Positions 19,143 through 28,254 of a DNA stretch of 33,173 nt are shown here, piece by piece. The notes under the pieces are model-generated. The model was not told the origin of the DNA. It did no database searches and saw only the letters and a program-made list of their open reading frames with translations. Location: sequence record SRR22947727_805; one strand, written 5' to 3'. The position numbers and the translations under genes were made by a program. Each line of letters begins with the position of its first letter. Within the stretch, counting starts at the first letter, position 1.

Positions 19143-19930
19143 GCTGTCCTCCCACCATCCACGGAAATGACTGCACCATTCATATAACAATTTTCATCTG
19201 ACAGCATCCAAACGATAGTGCTATTATAATCGTTTTGTTTTGCCATCCTTTTTAATGGTATAAGTTTTTCAATCTTTTTTAAAAAACTTTTGTTTTGGTT
19301 ATTTTGTATTCCACCTGGACACAAACAATTAGATCTAACATTTTTATCTGACCAATATGTTGATAAATATTTAGTTAATCCAATCATTCCACTTTTTACA
19401 ATAGAATAAGATATTGCTTTTTTTGAATTAACTTTTTCTTGTTTATATAAATTTTGGTTTGGTGCAATAAGACCGAGGTCTGATGAAATATTTATTATTG
19501 TTCCACCTTTTTTGTTTTTTGAAATTTGGGTACCAAATATTTTAGAACATAAAAAAGCTCCTGTTAGACCAACACTTAAATCATCATTCCAATTTTTTAG
19601 ACTAAAATTTTCTAAAAAATTAGATTTAGTAGAGTTAGGTTGATGGTTGTTAGCAGCATTATTAATTAAGCAGTCAATTTTATTAAATTTTTTTAATACT
19701 TTTTTTTGAATAAGAATAAGTTCTCTTTCATTCGTTATATCACACTTAAAAGATATTATTTTTTTATTAAACTTAGATAATAAATGTTTTTTAAGAAAAT
19801 TTATTTTTTTTTGAGATTTATCAAGTACTATCGGAATACCATCATAGCTTAAAATTGATTCTACAAAATTTGTGCCAAGCAGTCCTGCGCCACCAGTAAT
19901 AATAATAATTTTATTTTTTAAAGAAAACAT
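19136..19930 (-). CDS. SDR oxidoreductase, PtmA (flagellin modification protein A)-like
   Basis: TGGAGLLG, INNAA, NISSDLG, YSIVK, CPGGI, and VDGGRTAW C-terminus. Confidence 0.85.
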   Translation of the reverse strand: MFSLKNKIIIITGGAGLLGTNFVESILSYDGIPIVLDKSQKKINFLKKHLLSKFNKKIISFKCDITNERELILIQKKVLKKFNKIDCLINNAANNHQPNSTKSNFLENFSLKNWNDDLSVGLTGAFLCSKIFGTQISKNKKGGTIINISSDLGLIAPNQNLYKQEKVNSKKAISYSIVKSGMIGLTKYLSTYWSDKNVRSNCLCPGGIQNNQNKSFLKKIEKLIPLKRMAKQNDYNSTIVWMLSDENCYMNGAVISVDGGRTAW

Positions 19931-19931
19931 T

Positions 19932-20699
19932 CTAGTGATTTAGTTGCCCACCATCCACTACAACTTCTTCCCCATTAACAAAAGAGGCTTTAGATGATGA
20001 TAAAAATAAAACAACATTAGCTACCTCATTTGCTGATGCAAATCTTTGTAAAGGAACATTTGACTCTATATATTTAACTACTTTTTTTTTATTTTTTCTT
20101 ATTTTTTTATCCCATGAATTTCCTTCTTGCATAATGTTTCCGGGTGAAACCACGTTTATTCTCATATTTTTGTCAATTTTTTTTGACATATTCTTACAAA
20201 AATAGCTCAATGTTTTTTTAGCAACTGAATACTCAACAGGAGCATTTAACAATTCTTTACCTGTAATTGAAGAAATTGCAATTATATTTCCATGTTTTTT
20301 CTTAACTAATTTATAGAAACAATCAAAAGTATTTTTAAAAGATAAAAAATTTTTATTCCACGAATAATCCCATTTTTTTTTATCAATAACAACGTCTCTA
20401 GTACCAATACCAGAACCCACACTGCTAACAAGAATATCTATACCTTTAAATTTTAAGTTTATTTTTTTACTAAATTTTGCTACTGAAGATATATTTTCAT
20501 GATCTACTAAATAAGGGTAAATTTGACTTTGCTTATACTTTTTTTTTAATTTTTTTTCTGCTTTTTTTAGATTATTTAAATTACTGGATGTAATAATAAC
20601 CTGCGAATCTTCTTTAATATAATTTTCTGCTATTGCATAACCTAATCCTTTAGATGCACCTGCAATTAAAACAATTTTTTTTTTTAAGTTTAAATCCAT
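19932..20699 (-). CDS. SDR oxidoreductase
   Basis: AGASKGLG, ISSITG, YSVAK, NVVSPGNI, VVDGG. Confidence 0.88.
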   Translation of the reverse strand: MDLNLKKKIVLIAGASKGLGYAIAENYIKEDSQVIITSSNLNNLKKAEKKLKKKYKQSQIYPYLVDHENISSVAKFSKKINLKFKGIDILVSSVGSGIGTRDVVIDKKKWDYSWNKNFLSFKNTFDCFYKLVKKKHGNIIAISSITGKELLNAPVEYSVAKKTLSYFCKNMSKKIDKNMRINVVSPGNIMQEGNSWDKKIRKNKKKVVKYIESNVPLQRFASANEVANVVLFLSSSKASFVNGEEVVVDGGQLNH

Positions 20700-20702
20700 T
20701 AA

Positions 20703-21443
20703 TTAAATTCCTTTTGCGGACCACCCTCCATCTACAGTAATATCCGATCCAGTAACATAACTTGAAGCTTTTGATGAGAGAAAAATTACTGCTCCTACTA
20801 AATCTTTTGTTTCACCCCATCTGTTAAGTAAAGTTTTAGACTTTCTTAGATTAAACAATTTATTATTTTTATAACTTTTTATTGTCATTTTTGTTTTAAT
20901 ATATCCTGGTACTAAATTGTTAACTCTTATTCCAAATTTAGATAAATCATATGCTAAAGATCTAGTAAGACCAGAAAGACCAGATTTACTAGATATATAA
21001 CCTGGGTTATTTGGGAACCCAAATTGAGAAGCGATGCTTGTTATATTGATTATACTAGAACCTTTTTTTAGATAATTTTGGGCTATATTGCACACCTTGT
21101 ATATACCAATTAGGTTGGTTTCTAATATCAATTTAAAATCTGATATTTTTTGTAATTTTTTTGACCCACTGACACTCTCACTAATACCTGCTACATTAAT
21201 CAGGACATCTATTCTTCCAAAATTTTTTTTTATTTTTTTTAATGCAGATATTATTTCTTTTTCATTTTTTATAGAGCATTTTATATGATTTTTTTTTTTT
21301 AATTTTGTTCTTCCCAAGGTGATAACTGTTGAACCTAACAACGAAAGTTCTTGTGCAATTTTTGCACCAATTCCTCTTGATCCACCAACTATAACAATAA
21401 CTTTTTTTTTTATGTTAAAAAAATATTCTATTTTATTTTTCAT
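20703..21443 (-). CDS. SDR oxidoreductase (gluconate 5-dehydrogenase/KduD-like)
   Basis: VGGSRGIG, INVAG, NITS, YISSK, PGYIKT, RWG, TVDGGW. Confidence 0.88.
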   Translation of the reverse strand: MKNKIEYFFNIKKKVIVIVGGSRGIGAKIAQELSLLGSTVITLGRTKLKKKNHIKCSIKNEKEIISALKKIKKNFGRIDVLINVAGISESVSGSKKLQKISDFKLILETNLIGIYKVCNIAQNYLKKGSSIINITSIASQFGFPNNPGYISSKSGLSGLTRSLAYDLSKFGIRVNNLVPGYIKTKMTIKSYKNNKLFNLRKSKTLLNRWGETKDLVGAVIFLSSKASSYVTGSDITVDGGWSAKGI

Positions 21444-22260
21444 TTATCAGTTTCTTCAAAATTTTATATTGTTTTTTAAAAATATTTAGACCTTTTCGAT
21501 CTCTATACATTTGAAGGATAAAATCTCCTTTATAATTATTTTGTTTAAGTAATTTAAAAATTTTTTTTAAATCAACGTCTCCTTTTCCCAGAAAAATTGG
21601 TCCTCCCTTATAACGTCTATCTTTAATATGAACTTCAGATATTTTTGATCCATACACCTTGAACTCTTCTTCAGGATCATAACCTAAAGCTGCACTATTT
21701 CCAGTATCATAATTGATAGTAATATATTTAGATTTAAATCTATTAATCAAAATCAAAAATTTTTTAGGTGGTAAGTCCGTTTCTAATGAAATATTTATTT
21801 TTACCTTATCAAGTAAATGTTTAATTTTATTCATTTGAGATACAAATAAATCCAATTTTTTTTTTGAGTTTAAACTTGATTGATCGACACATGGTAAAAT
21901 AATATTTTTAACATTTAAAAATTTTGCATTTTTAATAACTTTTTCTAAAGTAAATAAATTTAGTTTAGATTTATCCGGATTGTTCACGAATATTGGATTT
22001 TCCATAAAATAGTCAGCACATATTGATTCTACTCTTACGTTAGTCAAAATTTGAATTTTTTTTATTTCTTTTAGTCCTTCTTTTGAAATTAGAGGATTTA
22101 AATGTGGGTAAAAATTATCAAATATAAATTCAATTGTTTTTAAGCCTAATTTTTTTGCTAAATAAAATTCTTTTTGCCAGTTAAAAGCAGGAAAACATTG
22201 ATATCTTTCATCAATTTTGGGAAGCAATCTTCCTTGCATTATCCCTAATTTTAGTTGCAT
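21433..22260 (-). CDS. Sugar phosphate isomerase/epimerase (xylose isomerase-like TIM barrel, UlaE/AP-endonuclease-2 family)
   Basis: GIMQGRL, SICADYFM, LETD, NYDTGNS, HIKDR, LGKGDVD. Confidence 0.82.
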   Translation of the reverse strand: MQLKLGIMQGRLLPKIDERYQCFPAFNWQKEFYLAKKLGLKTIEFIFDNFYPHLNPLISKEGLKEIKKIQILTNVRVESICADYFMENPIFVNNPDKSKLNLFTLEKVIKNAKFLNVKNIILPCVDQSSLNSKKKLDLFVSQMNKIKHLLDKVKINISLETDLPPKKFLILINRFKSKYITINYDTGNSAALGYDPEEEFKVYGSKISEVHIKDRRYKGGPIFLGKGDVDLKKIFKLLKQNNYKGDFILQMYRDRKGLNIFKKQYKILKKLINEK

Positions 22261-22270
22261 AGAATATTTT

Positions 22271-23107
22271 TTAATAAATATGCTGTCTTAATTTTTCAGC
22301 ATTAACTTTTTCATCCTCAGAAAATATTTTTATACCATCCCCCATTGCTTTTTCGACTTTTCTAACTTGATCTATTAAATTTTTTAGACCATTTGGCTCA
22401 ATGGATGCTGATTGATCAGAGCCATACATTGTTCTATCTAAAGTAATATGTCTTTCTAGTGATGTTATTCCCAAACTAGATGCTGCAACAGAAATTGCTA
22501 AGCCACTCTCATGTCCACTATATCCAACATCACATGAAAATTTTTTTCTTAAAGTTTCTATCATTCTCAAATTTGCATCTTCTGGTTTCATTGGATAAGT
22601 TGAGATACAGTGCATTAATTCAAATGAACAATTTTCTTTTTTAAAAATTTCTACCGCGCGTTGAATATTATCAATTTCACACATTCCAGTGGAAATAAAA
22701 GTATGTTTTTTTTCTTTTGCTACTTCGAAAAGAAGTTCTTCATATACGATCATTGGGCTAGCTATTTTATTATATTTTGTATCAAATTTTTTTAAAAAAT
22801 CTTGACTATTTAAATCCCATGCCGAAGCGAACCATTCGATATTTAACTTTTTACATATAAGATCAATTTGCTTATAATCATTTAAGTCAAATTCTAAACC
22901 TAACTTTTGGTCTCTTTGAGTTTTTCCCCAAGGACTTTCTCTAGTTGCATCAAGATATTCTTGTGTATAGACTTTATTTATATCTCTTTTTTGAAATTTT
23001 ACAGCATCACATCCTGATACTTTTGCAGTCTTAATTAAATCTTCACAAGTTTTTATGTCACCATTATGATTTATCCCAATTTCTCCAATTATAAAAATTT
23101 TTTTCAT
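22271..23107 (-). CDS. NeuB-family ulosonic acid synthase lacking the C-terminal SAF/antifreeze domain
   Basis: EIGINHNG, KFQKR, KIAS, STGM, HCISTYP, GYSGHE, LERHITL, GSDQSASIEP; only 278 aa. Confidence 0.9.
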   Translation of the reverse strand: MKKIFIIGEIGINHNGDIKTCEDLIKTAKVSGCDAVKFQKRDINKVYTQEYLDATRESPWGKTQRDQKLGLEFDLNDYKQIDLICKKLNIEWFASAWDLNSQDFLKKFDTKYNKIASPMIVYEELLFEVAKEKKHTFISTGMCEIDNIQRAVEIFKKENCSFELMHCISTYPMKPEDANLRMIETLRKKFSCDVGYSGHESGLAISVAASSLGITSLERHITLDRTMYGSDQSASIEPNGLKNLIDQVRKVEKAMGDGIKIFSEDEKVNAEKLRQHIY

Positions 23108-23117
23108 TAAGAATTTT

Positions 23118-24185
23118 TTATATTAATTTAGGTATTCTTTTAACATCTAAATGTGATAATTTCAAAGGTGTTCCTTTTTTTAAAGAGAATTTTATTTTTT
23201 TTCCGATTAAATACTTTTTATATATTGGATGCAGACCATGTGCTGGTCTAACAACTTTTATATTTTTTTCTGATATCTTGTCATTTTTTTTAATATTTTC
23301 AGATACAAATATTGATCTTCTAAATAATCTTGGTTCTTTTTCATTTTTATCTCTATTAAAATTTTCATCACCTAATGTTGAATGAGCTTCTTTTATCATT
23401 TTAACAAATTTAGAAAATTCGTTAGTATCCATTGAAAATTTTCCATCCAAACCATTTTCACCGGGAAGTTTTATATGTTTTTCAATTATTTTTGCACCCA
23501 ATGGGATAGAACTAACTGCAGTAATGCTTCCAATTGTATGATCAGATAATCCTACAATTAAATTATATCTTTTTATAAGTTTAGATATAAATTTTAGATT
23601 ATAATCTTTAGGCTCAGTTGGATATTTGCTTATACAATGTAATAGAGCAATTTGCTTTGCACCAGACTTCTTTGCTACAGATAATGCAATATCGATATCT
23701 TTTATTGATGCCATTCCTGTAGAAATTATTATCGGTTTTCCTGTTCTGCTTACTGCCTCAATTAATGGAATATCTGTTATTTCAAATGAAGCAATTTTGA
23801 ATGCTGGAGTGCTCAGTTTAGATAAAAATTTAACTGCATTTAAATCAAATGGGGTGCTAAAGCATAATATTTTCTTTTTTTTTGCAAAATTAAAAATTTT
23901 TTTATGCCAACTTTCAGGTGTTGAACCCTTTACATAAAGATCATATAAGTAGCTTCCTTTCCACAAGCCCTCTTTTATTAAAAATTCTTTTCTTTTTGAA
24001 TTTATTGTCATAGAATCTGGTGTATAACTTTGTAACTTTATTGCGTCTGCACCACTTTGTTTTGCTTTATCAATTAATGAATAAATGTTTGACAACTTTC
24101 CATTATGATTAGCAGATAACTCTGCAATAATAAAAGGTTTTGATTTGTGATCAATTTTATATTTACCTAATTTAAAAATAGTCAT
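23118..24185 (-). CDS. pseI: Pseudaminic acid synthase
   Basis: AELSANHNG, KLQSYTPDSMT, LWKG..LYDLY, KIASFE, GLSDHT, FRRS and SAF domain VRPAHGL; adjacent to pseB. Confidence 0.9.
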   Translation of the reverse strand: MTIFKLGKYKIDHKSKPFIIAELSANHNGKLSNIYSLIDKAKQSGADAIKLQSYTPDSMTINSKRKEFLIKEGLWKGSYLYDLYVKGSTPESWHKKIFNFAKKKKILCFSTPFDLNAVKFLSKLSTPAFKIASFEITDIPLIEAVSRTGKPIIISTGMASIKDIDIALSVAKKSGAKQIALLHCISKYPTEPKDYNLKFISKLIKRYNLIVGLSDHTIGSITAVSSIPLGAKIIEKHIKLPGENGLDGKFSMDTNEFSKFVKMIKEAHSTLGDENFNRDKNEKEPRLFRRSIFVSENIKKNDKISEKNIKVVRPAHGLHPIYKKYLIGKKIKFSLKKGTPLKLSHLDVKRIPKLI

Positions 24186-24193
24186 GAATATTT

Positions 24194-25177
24194 TTAGTTT
24201 ATTAATTTATTAATTTGATTAATATTTAAGAAATGTCTATTTGTTCCAGAATTATATTCAAAAAAATTTTTTAACATTTTACCTTTTTCTTTAGAAGAGT
24301 TTATAAAATAATTTCTTTGTTTGTAAAATACAATTGAAGGTTTAACAATGTAATAATTTTTAAATTCGATAACGTTTAAACATTCTTCTTTATTAAACAT
24401 TGTTTCGTGTAATTTCTCACCAGGTCTAATCCCAACTATTTTTTTTTTAATTTTGCTATCAAATGCATTTGCTAAATCCAGTATTCTAATAGATGGGATC
24501 TTAGGAATAAACATCTCACCACCTTTCATATTCTTAACCGAATTACACACAAAATCATAAGCCTGATCAAGCGTTATCCAAAACCTTGTCATATTTTTAT
24601 CAGTAATTGGAATAAACTTTGATTTTTCCTTAATCAATCTTTTAAAAAAAGGAATTACTGAACCTCTCGATCCAGAAACGTTTCCATATCTTACTACTGA
24701 AAATAAAGTTTTTGATGTAGAAATATTGTTAGCAGCTACCATTAATTTATCGGAAGCTAATTTGGTTACTCCATAAAAATTAATTGGATTACTAGCTTTG
24801 TCTGTTGATAATGCTAACACTTTTTTAATCTTACACTCTATAGCAACATCTATAATATTTTTAGCCCCATTGATGTTTGTTTTAATATATTCATCTGGAT
24901 TATATTCAGCTGCTACCACTTGTTTTAAAGCCGCAGCATGTATCAATATATCTATTCCTCTACAGGCTCTTAAAAGCCTCTCTTTATCTCTTATATCTCC
25001 CAAAAAAAACCTTAGTTTATCAGATCTAAATTTATTCATCATATTAAACTGTTTGAGCTCATCTCTAGAATAAATAATTATTTTCTTTGGATTATATTTT
25101 TTTAAAGTTTTTTCTACAAATTCGTTACCAAAAGATCCTGTGCCTCCTGTAATTAAAATTATTTTATTTGTGAACAT
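24194..25177 (-). CDS. pseB: UDP-N-acetylglucosamine 4,6-dehydratase (inverting)
   Basis: TGGTGSFG, YSRDELKQ, HAAALKQV..AEYNP, LSTDKA.NPIN.YG.TKL, RYGNV.GSRGSVIPFF, GIRPGEKLHE. Confidence 0.95.
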   Translation of the reverse strand: MFTNKIILITGGTGSFGNEFVEKTLKKYNPKKIIIYSRDELKQFNMMNKFRSDKLRFFLGDIRDKERLLRACRGIDILIHAAALKQVVAAEYNPDEYIKTNINGAKNIIDVAIECKIKKVLALSTDKASNPINFYGVTKLASDKLMVAANNISTSKTLFSVVRYGNVSGSRGSVIPFFKRLIKEKSKFIPITDKNMTRFWITLDQAYDFVCNSVKNMKGGEMFIPKIPSIRILDLANAFDSKIKKKIVGIRPGEKLHETMFNKEECLNVIEFKNYYIVKPSIVFYKQRNYFINSSKEKGKMLKNFFEYNSGTNRHFLNINQINKLIN

Positions 25178-25493
25178 AAATAATGAAAGTTTTTAAAATT
25201 ATTGTTAAATATATTATTTTTTAATAACTGTATACTCTTGTTATTTTATATGTAAATTATTAATGGTAAATAAGCTAACAGAATTTTAAATATTTTTGTA
25301 AACTTGTAAACATTTGTCTATTTTTTTTGTAAATACTAAATTTATATTAAAAAATATGGGTTTTAATTAGACAAATAATAATTAATTTTTTATCAATAAA
25401 AAACTTTATATCTCATTAAAGAAGGCTTTCTAACAAATAGCGATTTAAATTTTTTAAGAGAATTTTTAATATTGAAATACTATTGTCAAAAAA

Positions 25494-26174
25494 TTAATCA
25501 TTTATCCTCTCAATAAAAAACGCTTCTGCAAAATTCATGCCTACTGTAGATCCCCTATAAGAGGATAAATTTTTAACATTTTCAATTGATCGTGAGTTTG
25601 GTTTATTCATCATTTCTTTTTCGTAAAATTTTAAAGCATTAATTTTAGTATTTATATACTCTGATATATCTACAAAATAATTTGGATTAAAGGCAATTTT
25701 ATTTTTATCTGCCCATTCAGTGCTAGACAAAATTTCAAAACAAAATATTTTTTTTACAGTTTCATTTTCTTTTGGTCTACTAGATGTAACAGTTGCTTGA
25801 AAAGCAATCCTATGATCAACATTTAAATCATTAGAAAAGTGGGTGTATATTGTATCTGGCATAATTTTTTTTTTTATTTTTTCAATATCTCTTACCACAT
25901 TGAGTAATGGGACTGAGTCCATCATATTGTCAGGGTAGTCTAAAAAAAAAATATTATCTTTATTAAGATCAAGAAGTTTTGCAGCTTTTATACAATTTTT
26001 CCTTCTTTCAATTTTCTGTTTATTATTTTTTTTTCTAGATGAAACACCGTCTGTCAAAAAAACTAAATTAATTTTATCACCTTTGCTTCTGTGCTTTAAC
26101 AATGTTCCAAAACATCCAAGAGCTTCATCATCTGGATGTGCGGCAACCACTAAAACAGAATTTTTTTTTGTCAT
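25494..26174 (-). CDS. PIG-L/LmbE family N-deacetylase
   Basis: AAHPDDEALG, TDG, THF..DLNVDHR, SSTEW, YRG..VG..FAEAF. Confidence 0.92.
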   Translation of the reverse strand: MTKKNSVLVVAAHPDDEALGCFGTLLKHRSKGDKINLVFLTDGVSSRKKNNKQKIERRKNCIKAAKLLDLNKDNIFFLDYPDNMMDSVPLLNVVRDIEKIKKKIMPDTIYTHFSNDLNVDHRIAFQATVTSSRPKENETVKKIFCFEILSSTEWADKNKIAFNPNYFVDISEYINTKINALKFYEKEMMNKPNSRSIENVKNLSSYRGSTVGMNFAEAFFIERIND

Positions 26175-26319
26175 TTTTTATGTAACTAAATTTTTATTAT
26201 TTCAACAAAATTATATCTTAAATTTAAAAAATTACTTATAATTAAATATAATATTAACAAGATTAATAAAGAAAAAAATAGTAATGACATATTCTGTGTA
26301 ATAAAATTATTAAAATTTT

Positions 26320-26994
26320 ATGAAAAAAAAAACTTTTAATATTATTGCAACTACAAAACCATGGGATTTACATTTTTATAAAAAAAAGCTGGGAAAAAAT
26401 TGGGTAATTGTTAATACAAATATTAAATTAAAAAAGGTTTTAAAAAAACCTATAAATAAGATTTTTTTCGTACATTGGTCGAAAATTATACCAAGTAATA
26501 TAATAGATAATTTTTGCTGCATTGCATTTCATATGACAGACTTGCCTTATGGTAGGGGTGGAAGTCCACTTCAAAATTTAATTTTAGCTGGAAAAAAAAC
26601 TACACAAATAACTGCGTTTAAAATGACAGATAAAATTGATGCAGGACCAATTTATTTAAAAAAAAAATTAAAACTTAATGGAAGAGCAGTTGAAATATTT
26701 AATAATGCAAAAATTATTACATTAAAAATGATCAAAGAAATAAGTGCAAAAAAAATTATACCAAAGAAACAAAAGCCAAGTAAAATAATATTTAAAAGAC
26801 TAACAAAAAAAGATAATTATTTAAATTTTAATGAAATAAAAACTATAAGTAAATTTTATGATAAAATAAGAATGGTTGACGCACCCACATATCCCAATGC
26901 TTATTTTAAAAATGGAGAATTTACATTTCATTTTTCCAATGTAAAAAAAGAAAATAATGCAATTTACTGTTCCGTTAAAATATTGAAATTATAA
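26320..26994 (+). CDS. N10-formyl-THF-dependent sugar N-formyltransferase (Fmt-like)
   Basis: HWSKIIP, FHMTDLPYGRGGSPLQN, IDAGPIY, IRMVDAPTYPNAY. Confidence 0.88.
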   Translation: MKKKTFNIIATTKPWDLHFYKKKLGKNWVIVNTNIKLKKVLKKPINKIFFVHWSKIIPSNIIDNFCCIAFHMTDLPYGRGGSPLQNLILAGKKTTQITAFKMTDKIDAGPIYLKKKLKLNGRAVEIFNNAKIITLKMIKEISAKKIIPKKQKPSKIIFKRLTKKDNYLNFNEIKTISKFYDKIRMVDAPTYPNAYFKNGEFTFHFSNVKKENNAIYCSVKILKL

Positions 26995-27028
26995 AAAATT
27001 ATAAGATAAAAATTTGTTTTATTATTTA

Positions 27029-28177
27029 TTATTTTATAAATTCAATAATCTTTTTAACAATATGCCTTTGCTGTTTTCTTTGTAAGTTTGAAAATATTGG
27101 TAAACTAACAGTATTATTAAAATATTTTTCTGAATTTTCATATTTTTCTTTCTTTCCCTTATACATTCCAAATTTGTATATTGGAATGTAATGATACTGA
27201 CAAATTATATTATTTTTTTTCATAAATTTAAAAAAATTATTTTTTGTTTTTTTGATTTTTTTAAAATCTATATTTAGAAGAAATAGATGAAATGAAGATA
27301 AATTTTTATTTTCACAATTTGGGATTTTAATTATTTTCTTATAATTATTTAATAATTTTACATAATTATTGAAACATTTTGATCTATTGTCTATAAATTT
27401 TTCAATTTTTGATAATTGGCTAATTCCAAGAGCACAATTTATATCACTCAACCTATAATTTAATCCCAAGTTTTTAATGTCATACTTCCAATGAAATTTA
27501 TTTTTATTTCTAATAATTCCATGAGATCTTAAAAGAACAGATTTGTCATAGATTTTTTTATTATTGGTTGAAATTATCCCTCCTTCCCCAGTCGTAATTG
27601 TTTTAACAGGGTGTAGAGAAAAAACAGAAATATCTGAATATGTACAAGATCCCATCATTACCAATTTATCTTTACTTTTATATTTTGCTCCTAAGGCATG
27701 GCATGCATCATCTAATAAATAACATTTATATTTTTTTTTAATTTTATAAAGTTCTTCTAACTTTCTTAGATAGCCTCCCATTTGCATACAAATTATTAGT
27801 TTTATCTTTTTTATTTTATTTTTTTTTATGCAGGTCTCTATAAATTCTGGAGTTATTTGTCCAGTCAAAGGGTCAACGTCTGAGAGGTAAATTTTTGCTC
27901 CTAGAAAACTACAAATACTATAAGAAGCTATAAAATTTACAGCTGGCATTATAACCACATCTCCTTTACTTAAACCCAAACTTCTAATTGATAAATCAAG
28001 AGCAGCAGTTCCACTTGTGCAGGTGACTACATATTTTGCTCTTAGATATTTTTTTAATTCATATTCAAATTTTTCAACATAATTACCAGTGGTAATTAAA
28101 TTTGATTTTAAAGATTTTGAAACAAGTCTTATATCTTTTGAGTCTATAGATTGTTTTCCGTAAGCAATATTGTCCAT
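27029..28177 (-). CDS. pseC: UDP-4-amino-4,6-dideoxy-N-acetyl-L-altrosamine transaminase (DegT family)
   Basis: YGKQSID, SGTAAL, DACHALG, SLHPVKTITTGEGG (PLP Lys), LRSHG, LGLNYRLSD, HYIP; in pse context. Confidence 0.9.
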   Translation of the reverse strand: MDNIAYGKQSIDSKDIRLVSKSLKSNLITTGNYVEKFEYELKKYLRAKYVVTCTSGTAALDLSIRSLGLSKGDVVIMPAVNFIASYSICSFLGAKIYLSDVDPLTGQITPEFIETCIKKNKIKKIKLIICMQMGGYLRKLEELYKIKKKYKCYLLDDACHALGAKYKSKDKLVMMGSCTYSDISVFSLHPVKTITTGEGGIISTNNKKIYDKSVLLRSHGIIRNKNKFHWKYDIKNLGLNYRLSDINCALGISQLSKIEKFIDNRSKCFNNYVKLLNNYKKIIKIPNCENKNLSSFHLFLLNIDFKKIKKTKNNFFKFMKKNNIICQYHYIPIYKFGMYKGKKEKYENSEKYFNNTVSLPIFSNLQRKQQRHIVKKIIEFIK

Positions 28178-28254
28178 ATTAATTTATATTTTTTAATTTT
28201 ATGACTGTATTTTACAGAAATATATTAAGAAAGTTTTATTACAAAGAATTGTCA

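Noticed and set aside
19143-19190. N-terminal extension MLYEWCSHFRGWWEDS of the ABC transporter
   Set aside because: Alternative-frame read of the SDR C-terminus; a GGAGG-preceded TTG at 19142 is more plausible.
10378-23937. Short ORFs 10378-10584, 12749-12967, 15071-15271, 15745-15933, 15958-16143, 18610-18819, 18949-19170, 21088-21288, 23626-23937
   Set aside because: All lie within or across well-supported CDSs, antisense or out of frame; F/L/I-rich composition is expected from reverse-complemented Lys/Asn codons.
26320-26994. Calling the formyltransferase fmt (Met-tRNA formyltransferase)
   Set aside because: Too short, lacks the tRNA-binding C-terminal domain, has the FHMTDLP variant motif and sits in a sugar pathway.
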